A DNA stretch of 61,520 nt, the filler included, from Bipalium vagum (taxonomy: Eukaryota): assembly GCA_037834085.1 (NCBI GenBank). It is 3 parts of 3 records of this genome, joined end to end, with 100 filler letters (N's around TTAATTAATTAA, not from the genome) between each part and the next. Parts side by side here need not be neighbours in the genome. Positions count along the whole stretch, not along the records: positions 16,153 to 38,714 come from JBBMKC010220020.1; positions 38,815 to 61,520 come from JBBMKC010217908.1; 1 more part is not named here. One strand, 5' to 3'. How positions within the stretch are numbered: position 1 is the first letter of the stretch; every line of letters starts with the position of its first letter. The position numbers and the translations under genes are program-made. This document shows positions 26,980-38,882 of this stretch, one piece after another. The notes beneath the pieces were generated by a model that searched no databases, was not told where the DNA came from, and saw only the letters and a program-made list of their open reading frames with translations.

Positions 26980-27520
26980 TGTAAAGACAATACTTTTATT
27001 ATCGAAGTTAATTAATTAAGTTTTTTCTTTTATTATTAAACTTAATTTGTCCTGGACTTCATAAAATAAATGTTCTTATAGTTTTAAGAATCTTAATATC
27101 TGGTTTCTTTAAGAGAAATTTAATGACTGAAAACATGGGCTTATATAGTCCCCTTTTCAGATTTTATGAATTCTGATTGATGGAAACCAATTAATATTAT
27201 TCGCATAGGAATTATACCAATTTTGACAATATCTACTATAATTAGTCGATAAATCCAAGTTAGTAATTTCTGTATAACCTATTTAATTGCTACTAATCTT
27301 TACTTATTTTTAGTAATTTTAATTTTAGTTTAAAAATTTTTTATTTATTTATAGAAATTTTATTTATTTTAAGTAAGAATTATTTAAATTTAATTGTGTT
27401 AATTTGATCTTTTTAATTTATCTTACATTTTTTTATAATATTTTTTATTTAAAATTGAAAATTCTTTCAGGGACCAAATAATTTTAAGCTAAATATGGTC
27501 TTGCTAGTTTGCAGATCACA
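26980..27520 (-). mobile_element. Solo-LTR-like element related to 837-1457
   Basis: Shares the CTGAAAA-GGG-TATATA-CCC-TTTTCAG promoter hairpin (27125-27160) and an AAGATTAGTA segment with the element at 837-1457. Boundaries are approximate. Confidence 0.4.
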
Positions 27521-27559
27521 ACTTATTTTAATTTAAAAAGAAAATTAGAAAATGAGGAA

Positions 27560-28232
27560 ATTATTTTTATATATAATTACACTGAATAACAATTTTCAAC
27601 TCTTTTTTCTGGAGCAATGAAAAACGTAGTGGTTTCCTATACTTTTTCTCATGCTGATTTCAAACCTGTCAATGGTATTCTCATATCACATTTAGATTTT
27701 GAGATAAATGAATTTTAATATTTTCATAAAAATAAGAAATATGGAGATCATAACCACAAATGTATATTTGTAAATCATAAGTAACATAACTAAAAATAGA
27801 CATAAAAGACATAACTAATATAAACTCAAGTGTTTGACTAGAACGAAATCCTTTTGAATCGCCATTTATATTTTTATCATTTGTTTCATACTGAATACTC
27901 CAACAGTAGACTGTCATCATTGAATTGCTAATTTTGCCTGTTGTACTAATATTCCTTCGCTTGTCCATTTTTCTATAATTTTTTAACATCAGGCAAGTTA
28001 CAATCGTTTCACATAATTTACAATATATTTTATTTTCATCAGTTTACTTTCATAAAATCTGATTTAGCATTTTTAGGCATTTTTTAAAGTTAAAATATTT
28101 TGTGATATTGTTAAAACAATAATTTTGATTTTATATTGACTTTATTGACTTTTAATTGACTTTTTAACCTTATGAAAAATTTTAACTTTAAGTTATTATT
28201 TTGACGGTCAATTTTTTTGACTTTTGGGGGTC
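27560..28232 (-). mobile_element. hAT-like (CGGBP/BED zinc finger type) remnant
   Basis: Minus-strand terminus TAGGACCCCCAAAAGTCAAAA with repeated AGTCAA subterminal motifs. Frameshifted TDENK..YCKLCETIVTC zinc-finger-like N-terminus. Confidence 0.35.
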
Positions 28233-28397
28233 CTAATTATTATATAATAATAATAATTTCGGTAATTATTTTAATGTGATTCCTATTTTTGTGTTAATAT
28301 GAAAATAATAATAAAATTAAAACAAATAGAAAAATGATAAATTATAATTACCAATTTTCTATTTAAAAAATATAGATTTATTTTCATTGATGATTTT

Positions 28398-29218
28398 TTT
28401 TTGAGAAACCTAATACATTTAATTATTTAGCTCGACCCAAACGTGTTCGCCCGAGCTGAATAATTAAAACTTTTTGATTTTCCTTATTCTAATGGAAAAG
28501 GGGAGCGGATGTGCCACGCAGAGATAGAGAGCTTGAGAGCTTAGTATTGAGAGCAGTCTTAGAATCAATTATTCAGCTTAGAAGATTAAAACTGGTCGAG
28601 CTGAATAATTGAAAGCTCCAGGTTTCTGTATAGGCAGAGCAATAAGAGGTAGGATATTCCTGTTGTGATTGATCATTGGCCGATGGAGGGAAACTGGAGA
28701 GTATATAAGCAACTACAGGATTTTCCACACACAGAACAAAACCGAAAAAAAAACTTAAACAGAAACAGAACAAAATTAGAGTTAAACCAAAAACAAAAAC
28801 GATCAAAAAACAAAAAAGTGAACCAAAAGAGAACAAAAATTAGAGTTAAACCAGAAGGAAAAAAAGAGAGATAGACGGTGACGAAAAAAAGATAGGACAC
28901 GCGAAAGATTGAATTGAACATTATTATTGTGGAGACTTCAATCAGATCAAACAATCCAAACAATCCAAGACGGTCAAGAGCAGCCAATTCAAGAAGGTCA
29001 AGAACAGCAAAAACAGAAAATCCCAAAAGCGACAGCCAAAGACTGATAGAAACAGTGACATTGATGTAACTCTTAACATTAACATTGTTGTGATCTTTAT
29101 CCTTTTCGAACAATGAATTAAAATTTTAATTGTGTTTTGTGATCGTTTGGAATGTTAATATTTTTAATGATCTTTTCGAACTTTAGTGTGTATATGGTTA
29201 AAAAGTTTTAGCCCAACA
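28398..29218 (+). mobile_element. Solo-LTR-like element with two palindromes
   Basis: Ends ...TTTAGCCCAACA, roughly complementary to a TGTTG(A/G)GC start. TATATAA at ~28702, palindromes at 28421-28465 and 28565-28612, A-rich tract. Confidence 0.5.
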
Positions 29219-29245
29219 TTTTATAAAAATATATGTATTAAGAAA

Positions 29246-30624
29246 TGTAAGTCGTCCTTGATTGATCCTTGATTGAAAGATAAATAATAAAATGATAATT
29301 AATGGATAATAAAATAATATATAAAAATTAAATAATAATAGAACGAAATATCATGTTGAATAATATATAAATTATAAATTATTATTTATTTTTTATATTT
29401 TTGTATTATTTATTGTATTATTTATATTATTATATAAAGTAATGAATTGAGTGAAATATTTGGAAAATTTTTGGGAATTCAAAAAAATTTATAGTAATGT
29501 AACATAAGGTTACTAAAACTAAAATATAAGTAAAATTTTTATATTAAGAATTAAAGGAATAATGAAAATAGTAACAAGAGTAGGCAAGAAAAATTATAAT
29601 AAGAAATAAAAAGTTGCTATGTATAAAAAAGATAAAAATTACAGTATAAAAAGGGAACGAAAAAACATAGAAGGCAGAAAGAAAAAGAAAAGACAATAAT
29701 AAGAGCTACAGTAAAGTACTCAATATTACAATTTCAAAGCCTACAAAAACCTGCTCAATAATAAAATCAAAGCGAAGAATGTCCAACAATCAAAGCTCAC
29801 TTCAATCATATCAAGAAGCCAAAGTGCACCTACTCATTCAAGTCAAATATATAAAGGTGCTAGAAGAAAAAAATTTTTTTTTTAATTTGACAAACCGTAT
29901 ATGCTCTTTTTATTTTTTGAAAAGTAATTTTTAGTTCATTTTGTTTTAGTGACTTGTTACACTCGTGTGACAAAGTTTACTACAAAAAATTAAAATATTA
30001 AGTATTCTCAAATATAATAATAATACCTAGCTTGAAACCAAAGAGTTATCAATACTAGGTCGATTTATAATAATATATAAAGTTCTTAAATTCTTATCAA
30101 GAATCGATTTATAATTTCATAAAATTATAAAGAAATTTGATTTTAATTTGCTATTTCATTTCGTATATACTCATATTAATTAAAACAGGCGTGTCTTATT
30201 AGACAAGTCATTGTTTGTTTATAGTAAATATATAAATACTCAGGCCAGGACCTGAGGATTATATATTTTTTTATTTTCCGCTCCTTTTACCTTTTTCTTT
30301 TTTCTTTTATTATTTCACACGCTAATTAGGGTGGTGAGATAAATTTTTCTTCTTAAATCGAGGACCTCTGAGCCTAAGAGCGAGAGGATTTTTCTTAATA
30401 ATAAATAAAATTAATAAATTATTTTTCAATCAACCAGGGACGATATCACTCGTTTGTAAATTTATACTTTATTTTAATAAAAATAAAAGTTTTAAAAGTC
30501 AAATCGTTCTCTCAATCATTTTAACTAATATTAACGAACACGTAAGTAGGGAACCTTCAAACGTTAAGAGCTAATTACATTAGGCTCCACTTTTAACATC
30601 TATCCACCTTTTAGGATCTTAACA
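29246..30624. mobile_element. Further LTR-like segments (probably two, in opposite orientation)
   Basis: TGTAAG at ~29246, TGTTACAC at 29955 and CTTAACA at 30624, TATA-like boxes and strong strand purine skew. No target-site duplication confirmed. Confidence 0.3.
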
Positions 30625-32039
30625 TTATTGATAAATGATTTTGTTGTGATTAAATTGATTTCTATTACGATATTCTTTATTCGAACAGACCATTATTTTG
30701 CAATTTGAAGTGAGGATAAAATTTATTTAGATTATTACTTATTTGAATATTAATAAATATGACAGATCAAATTAAAATGTTTTTTTAATGTTAGTCAAAC
30801 TTATTTGAGCTATGGATTCAATGCTGTTTGCTTTGACTGTGCGGCACTTATTATTTGTGGATTCCATTAATATTATTGTATTTTTTATAAAATAATAAAG
30901 CTTATTGTGTTTATTTTGATTAAATTTTGGAGCGAGCACATAAATTATATAATTGAAAGGGCCTGTAAAAATCACGATTTATATAATTTAAATGATATAA
31001 GCGTTACAATATTAATATCGAATAAATTAAAAAAATTATTTGTTTTTCTCACGTGGTGAACAACCCATCACTCAGAGAAATATAAAGAAAAAGAAAGATT
31101 TGAAATCAGACAGGAGTTCCAGATAAAAATAAAAATTGGTTAATATCCATTTAAATATCTTCAATAAAGAATTTTAATAATAATAATAATAAAGTGAAAT
31201 ATTTATTAAAATATATTTAACATTAAACTTGTCTTATCTCAATTATTTCGGTTCAATGTCTTATTTTTTTAATAATAATGTTTTATAATCGATGTGGTTT
31301 GTAAATTCTTATATATGAATAATCTTAATATTTGTCAATTTTGTGTTAAACATTGATGCATTAAATACATTAAAAGTTCTCTTCATACTTTGAGCTCACA
31401 TATATCCTTCTGATAGAAACAATTTATGTTAAGTTGTCCATCTATCTTTCATCCAACCACATTATAATGAAAACTGAAGAAATATATTAGTATGATTTAA
31501 GTCTTTTCCTTTTTATTTTTCAGTATTTCATAAAAATGTTTTCTTTGAATTTAATGTAAAATTTTTTTATAAATACTACTTGTTTTTTCAACTCAAGTCA
31601 TTTCTGAAATGTTTTCGTTTTACTAATCTTTAAATTTTACTAGCTATAAATAAGACTTATTATCAATAGTATTCTAATTGTACTTTATAAAATAATGAAT
31701 ATAAACAATTATAAAAATCAAAAATTTTCAACAAAAAAATGAAAGTCTTAGTTTTTATTTTTTAATCATGATAATTGACTTATATTTAACTTTTTTTGAA
31801 AACCATTCAAATAATTAAAACTCCATATAATAATACGAGGAAATTTTTTAAAAATTTATGACTTATTAATGATTTTTAAAAATTAATTGAACTATTAGTT
31901 TTCAAAATATTTTCTTATAACTTAACATATTATTGAAACAAAAACTTTTGCTAATTTGAAAATTTGGTTACATTAGCAACTGCTTACTAAAATCATTTTA
32001 ATTAATTTAGTTCTTTCAAATAAGGTTAAACTAGAAATC

Positions 32040-32343
32040 ATGATTGAAACTGTTCAAGAACGACAAAGAGGAGCATATAATTTTGAAAACTACTATGAAA
32101 ATCTTTGTGCTTTGCAGGACACTTGTCCTATACCAGCTGTTAAAGGTCACTTAAGTGAGGGAATATTTGACATTAATGGTGACAGAATAAGGTAAGCATT
32201 ATTCTAAAATTGTACATTATTATTCTGATTATTATTATCCTGTAGACAACAGGACTGGCCTCCAATCTTCAACAGTATTAAAATAAATAAAAGTTTAAAA
32301 TTTATTTCAATAAGAAGTTATTTTCAGTTGAATTTAGAAAATG
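32040..32343 (+). CDS. CEP78: Centrosomal protein 78, exons 1-2 (3'-partial)
   Basis: Exons 32040-32191 and 32246-32343 encode MIETVQERQRGAYNFENYYENLCALQDTCPIPAVKGHLSEGIFDINGDRIRQQDWPPIFNSIKINKSLKFISIRSYFQ. This aligns with the CEP78 N-terminus (MIDSVKLRR...YEYLCALQNSVPLPAV...EGVLDFNADRLR..DWAPL...KINK.L...SIKS.FQ). Confidence 0.9.
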
Positions 32344-33759
32344 GTTAGTTTAATTGTTGCCTAATGTATTTTTATCAATTTAATTAAAGTTTATTTATTG
32401 AAAGTTTATGATTTTAAAGGACGAATGAGTTTATATAAATTGAGCATTTGTGTAAATTGGGAAAAATTTGTTCTTCTCACTGTCCAATTTAAACTGGCCT
32501 CATTGTACAGCCATTATACTAGTTTTGTTAATTAGTATTTTCTTTTATTTGAAAGTTTTTTATTATTGATAGTATCAATGCAAAATCAATAATTTTATTT
32601 TAATTATGATTATTGCCTATCTATCTAGAGCCAAAAAATAGAAATAAATAATTACCTAACAATTTCTCATTTATAAAACAGGTGATAATCAGACATTCTA
32701 AAATTAAAATAAATGCTAAGAACCTTTATTTAAAAAATAACCTTAGTATAAAACTGTCAATTATCAACAAAAGACTTTTGTTAAGGTTTATTTGCCGTTA
32801 AAAATCTCAGAAAAAAAGGATTCGGTACTTCAGACATTGCAAAATATTGCAGACATTTAAAATTCAATCCTTTAAATTTAAAGATGTACTGCCGATGTTA
32901 AAAGTCTCATTTTGATTATAAAATATTTAGTCATAATAAATCTGATTTTAAACTTTTTAAACAATTTTTATCGTTTTGAAATCTCTTTCTCAACACTCTT
33001 TACTTTTTCTGCATAAGATTTACATAAAAAATTAACAAGTGACTAAAAATGAGCCAAAATAATAATAGAAACCATTTATCACAATTAAATATGAAAATAA
33101 AGAAAAAATTTAATGAGATAAATTTTAATATTACCGAAAAATTTTTTATTAATAAAAGCATTGCATTCAAAGTGATTTGAAGCTTATCAAAGGAAGATGT
33201 TTTCTAAAGTCATTATTGACTCTGAAGAAAAGATTGAAAAGATTATTGTAAATGTCTTTTGAAGCGAGTTTAAATGAAAATCTTCGAAAACTAAATTAAA
33301 ACTTAGAACAAACATCTTCACACAGCAAATGTTGACTTCGATCATGGGATTTGATTTCGAATTGATGCCATTTTTGCGAGGTCTAATATATCATTAGTAA
33401 ACTATATCTAATTAACTTAATATCGTTTGTAATAAAATATCGGTTTATGGATTGATACAATGAAAGAATTATATTAAAGATAATAAAAATTGAGCTAATA
33501 AATAAATATTATATTGAATTATGTAGTGTGTAAATAAAGTAACAAGAATTTTAATTCGTAATTATACCAAACTATATATATGATAATATCGCGAATGAAA
33601 AAATGTTGACTTAATGTTACGAGAAAGTTACACCTAGGATTATTATAAGGGGATTCACATGCTTTGAATTCTGATCACCCCTTGTATTTATCAGAGATAA
33701 TTTGAATTCTCTTCAGTACATCGATGAAATTCTCAGAACCGTTTTACTTTTATTAATGC

Positions 33760-34060
33760 AAAAATTCTAAGATAATAGTTTTAAACAATACAACGTAAAA
33801 CTACACACCGTCAATGTATCAGCGAAGTCTTTACTAGGATCAGAAGTGGAGACAATAACGTGGACAGATATTTCACCTATTGAACATATGCTGGAAATCA
33901 TGGGTTGTCAGCTGCGATCTTATAAAACATTGGATGAATTAAATAATCATCATCTTCAACAAATATGGAATGATATATCTGAAGGGGAAAAATCTTTTAA
34001 TTAATGGCAAGCCGTAAAAGTCAAAGATTGTGTCGTAAGACACTATATTGACATCTGTAC
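33760..34060 (+). mobile_element. Tc1-like remnant in CEP78 intron
   Basis: TW..DISPIEHMLEIMGCQLR, corresponding to Tc1 SPDLSPIEHVWD.MGR.L. Confidence 0.6.
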
Positions 34061-36018
34061 ATGTTTTTCACATACATTTATTTACTTGATAAAATTTGAT
34101 CAAATATATATGATAATTTATTTATTCATTTTTAGTTTTGTAGTGTTTCTTTTTTATTGAAAATGAGTACATCATTATTGATTTTCCCAAATATTATTTC
34201 TTTGATTAACAACTATAATAATTTAATATTATTATATTTAATATATTAAACGTTATTTACTTTTGAAAAAATAAGAATTATCGGTAGGAAATATTGCAAG
34301 CTGTATTACTTTGCGTTTACTGATAAAAACCTTCAATTAATCTTTAAGATCGATTTTTCTATACCTTCTCATAATTATTTTAATTTATTTCCAAAATTAA
34401 TCTTTATCCTTTATTTTAAGTCATTTAAATTATTTAATTTATTATAATGTAATAATAAAATAATTTAGATGAAGAAAAATGTTAAAATGAAAATATAAGC
34501 TAATGAACTAAAATCATTTCTTATAGTATCTATAAATTGTCAACCAAAAAGAACAAATAATTGAATTAATTAAAAGTAGAATTAAATTAATGAAATTATT
34601 TAATTAACCAATCTTATTTGGTAAAGTAATTGATTAACGAGTGTGAATGCAAATATGGATAATTCGAGCTCTGATTGTTAGATAATAAGATTTTTCATGT
34701 TAATTGAAGTGTAAGTTGTTCCAGCTAACACAATTATTAAAACAGATTTTGAGAAATGGTTCCTTTTAATTAAAGAGTTTGCAGACAAATTTAGATCAAA
34801 TTCCTTAATTGTTTATTTTATTTTTAATATTTAATTTGATTTTATATCATGAAATTTCTTTGCAATTTATGTTTGTTGTAAAAAAGCATCGAGTAATTAA
34901 CACCAGTTTTTAATGAATCTAAAATTGAAGACGTCTCCAGCTGAAATAAAACAGAAAAAGACATTTCCGGTTCCTTATAGTGTTGTTTTTGAAGAATTAT
35001 CATATTATATTATATTTTACCTTTAATGAAGAAAATTCAAAATATTCAAAAACTTTTACTGAGAAAAGGTAATGTAATAAATAAAAAAATAAATTAAATA
35101 AAATATTAATTAATTTTAATTAAAATAAAAATAAAATGATTGAAATAAAAGCAAGAAAAAATTTAAAATATTGAGTTTGTCATAAAATAACAGTTACAAT
35201 TCAAGGTTAAAGGATGAAGTTTTTTTAATAATAAATTTTGTTATTAATTTTGATCATCAATCTTAAAACCTTAAGTAAAATGAAATATATTGGCCAAAGG
35301 GTTGGAAGTCTTAATTTATTAACTCGCAAATGTTTAGTTCTACGAAATGTTTGGATGATTTCAAAATATTAATTTTTCAGGGACTATTCAAAAACTAAGA
35401 AATTATTTTTTACCTATGCAGTTTAACACTAAATTTTTTTGTTTGTCAACTACTTATTAAATATAATTAGACAAATTTATTTTTTATTTTTCCAAAATTC
35501 GATGGCAATATTAATTTAAAAAAGGAAATTGAATCTCCATAATACATAAATGAAAAAAAAATTTTTTCAATTGAATTTCTTTATTTTTCTTAAAAGAATT
35601 TGATTTTGTTAAAAAAATAATTGGGTGAATTTCAATTTTTAATTAAATTCAAAATAAGTTATTTTTTTCTATGCTAATTTTTCTAGAGTAGTTTTCTGGT
35701 TTTCGAAATAGGATTCAATTTTAATATATAAAATATTAATTGAATAAAAATTAGAAAAAAACTTTACAATATTTTTGGCATTGTACAGTAAATGAAATTA
35801 ATCACACTTCAGAATTTAATTTTTCTTTTGGATTTTATGGGTTTTCATCGAAAGTTTAATTTATTCACATCCGGTAAAATCATTAGTGATTTAATTAATT
35901 ATTTTGCTATTTTTGTAAATAAGTATCCTTTTATACATACTATTTTTCATAATTTCCAAAGTGGTTTTTAATTAATTTGCATATTTTTGAGTTTAACCTA
36001 TGTTTTTGATTCTTTCAG

Positions 36019-36050
36019 ATGGAATTCAAAAATCTCATGTTAGGTCTAAT
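36019..36050 (+). CDS. CEP78: Possible CEP78 micro-exon 3
   Basis: TTCTTTCAG|ATGGAATTCAAAAATCTCATGTTAGGTCTAAT|GTTAGT is phase-1 compatible with exon 2 and gives DGIQKSHVRSN. Homology is weak. Confidence 0.35.
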
Positions 36051-37229
36051 GTTAGTGATATTATTAAAACAATTTTCGTTTTAATATATTTTAAATTATA
36101 ATTTACTCATCCTTTTCATTAAAATTTTTATTATTATTTATTTATGTCATTAATATTTTAGTCAATCAATTTAAAATATATGTTAAATATATAATTTAAT
36201 TAAATCTTGTTTATTCATTAAACAAGTGAAAATTGATTATGAAATATTGATTTTTTTGTAAGAGTAAATTCAAAATCTACTTATTTATTATCTATATTTC
36301 TTAAGAAGAAAATATAATGAAAAAGTAACTATTTTCGATGAATAGAAAATAAAGGATTATTCTAATTGTTCTGATCACCCACTTTTTTCAACAGAATTTT
36401 TGAAAATCAAATGAAATTCAGTCATAAAAAGCGTTGTCATTATTTAACCAATAATTGCACTACGATTTTTTTTGGGTGGTAATTGGAGAAAACCAGAGAA
36501 ATCCCTAGGGAACAAAATTAGATTTTCTTGAAAGTATTCATTTATCATTAAAATATTCGACAAAACTTAATATATTTCCACTTTTGCAAACTTTTATCCA
36601 GCTGAAAAATTAATGTAAAGAAATTATAAATTATAAATTATTATTTAAATGAGTTATTAACATCAAGAGGTTTCAAGTACCTAATTTTATTTATTACATA
36701 AATATATGGATTTTTCAAACAAATTAAATTGATATTTTCAGTTTATCGTTCTTTTATATTAATTATTATATTCGAAATTGTTCAAATTTTACTTTAACTC
36801 ATCTTTAACTTTTTAAATTATTTATTATTTTATTTAATTAATTTTGATAATTATAATTTATACCATTTTACCTATGAATTCAAAATTCCCATGTGATCAT
36901 TGTGATTAATAGTCTTAAATAATCTTTATATTTAAACAAATATCATTATCAGATTCACTTTTGTTCTTAATACATTAATAAATTAAATTAGATATCATTA
37001 AAATTTTTAACATGAATTTCAGGATCTCTTATTTTCAATTTTTTGATTTAATGTTAAGTACCTTTTTGTTTATTATTTCTTTCCTTATCACTAAAAATAA
37101 CACTCATTAAGGTTTCACTCATTATATAGCAATAAATATATAATATTAAAATAATCATATCATATAATATCAATTTTTATTTCTATAACAGTGATTAACA
37201 AAAAATAATAATTAATTAATTTAATTAAA

Positions 37230-37548
37230 TGGTATCGCCCTTATTCTCCCACAAAGGATAAACCAAAGATTTTGAGAACACGGGAAAATATTATAGAAAC
37301 TTTTTTTGGAACCATGAAGATTGACAGTTTTCATTGGAATTTACTGTCACACCAATAGGCCGGCTCAAGCACTATCATATTTTTATTTTGGCAGTTTTAC
37401 AAGGATAATATTGTACACTACGGAAAGGTGGTATAAATACTTTGATGAAGAGGCTAGATACCTTTATTGTAAAATGAAAAAATAATTTTAATAATTTCAT
37501 TTTTTTCAGTTTATTTTTAACAGGAAAATTTTTTGAACGGTCTTATAT
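37230..37548 (+). mobile_element. Mariner 3' remnant
   Basis: RPYSP-like motif, FYKDNI...ERWYKY ending and TIR-like GGAAAATTTTTTGAACGGTCTTATA. Confidence 0.5.
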
Positions 37549-38714
37549 ATTTAACAAACAATCAACTTTACGTATTCATTAGTATAAATATGATGTTAAT
37601 TATACTTTTTAGTCAATTTTTTATATAAAATGTTCGATACATAAAGAAAAAGTTTTAATATAATTTGTCAAAGTTGTAAAAAGAATGTTAAGTGAGTATG
37701 GTGAATATTTATTTTAGAAATTAGTTTTGACAATCTAAAGGGTAAAACACGCTGGCTGATCAATTGGAGTTAGTTGCACAGAATATCGGATAGAATTAAG
37801 GTTAACATTGTTTTTTAAACCAATCAGATTTACTTAACATTTTTGAAGAAATGTGAGTTTTTACCTAATTATAAATTTTATATTACTTAATTAAACCAAT
37901 GTAAAAATCTGAAATGTTCTAAAATTATTAATAATATGATAATAAATAAAGATAATAGTAAGATAATAATAAATAAATAAGAAAAAGTTGTAAAATATCA
38001 TTAAATGATTGTTTACATGCTCAAAACACCAAAAAATATATAAAGTGAAAATAAATTAAAATTAGTCCACGATTTTTAATAAAATTTATTTATATTATTT
38101 AATTTTAATTTGCTTCATTAAATAATCTTATCAGTCTATGACATAATTAAACTACTGTAACATATCTTAATTGGAATTTTCTTAAATGAGAGACTTTTTT
38201 TATTCTTTGATTTTAACATTTAAAGATAAAAATGTAATTTTTAAAACAAATATAATTAAAAAAATTTAATTTATTTAATTCAAAATTTTAATTATATTTT
38301 GAATTTCTAAAATTTTCTTTATGCGGAGATAAAAATAAATTACAAAATTTTATTTCCTTTTTATGTCACTTTTGACTAGATTACAATATAGTTTGAAAAA
38401 TAAGACAGGATTTGTATTTACTACATGTTTGTTGATGGAATTTATTTTGAACTGTCAATAATTATATATGATGATTTATTTTTATGTTTAAAAAAATTGA
38501 ACAGAAGTTCTTCTGAGTCTGAAGGGAGAAATGACATTTTTCTGAAATGCAAAATAATAAGGAAAATATAAAATTAAAAATTAAAATCAGATTCTTGAAA
38601 TTAAAAGAGCATTATTAAAATTAAACTTATAATCTTAATAATGACTTGAATTTTTATTATTAATTTTATTTTAATTAATGAATAATTTTTAATTTTTCAA
38701 AATCCGGAAAAAAC

Positions 38715-38814
38715 NNNNNNNNNNNNNNNNNNNNNNNNNNNNNNNNNNNNNNNNNNNNTTAATTAATTAANNNNNNNNNNNNNNNNNNNNNNNNNNNNNN
38801 NNNNNNNNNNNNNN
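38715..38814. other. Artificial 100-bp spacer N44-TTAATTAATTAA-N44
   Basis: Identical to 16053-16152. Confidence 0.95.

Positions 38815-38881
<67 letters not shown>
38815..38881. repeat. (TTA)n microsatellite at contig start
   Basis: Directly visible. Confidence 0.95.

Positions 38882-38882
<1 letters not shown>

Noticed and set aside
25266-28612. Repeat-spacer appearance of the palindromes as a CRISPR-like array
   Set aside because: Eukaryotic context, inverted rather than direct repeats, irregular spacing and no cas-like genes.
28573-29113. Overlapping hydrophobic and K/N/Q-rich ORFs on both strands
   Set aside because: Explained by extreme A/purine strand skew in an LTR-like tract; no domain or splice support.
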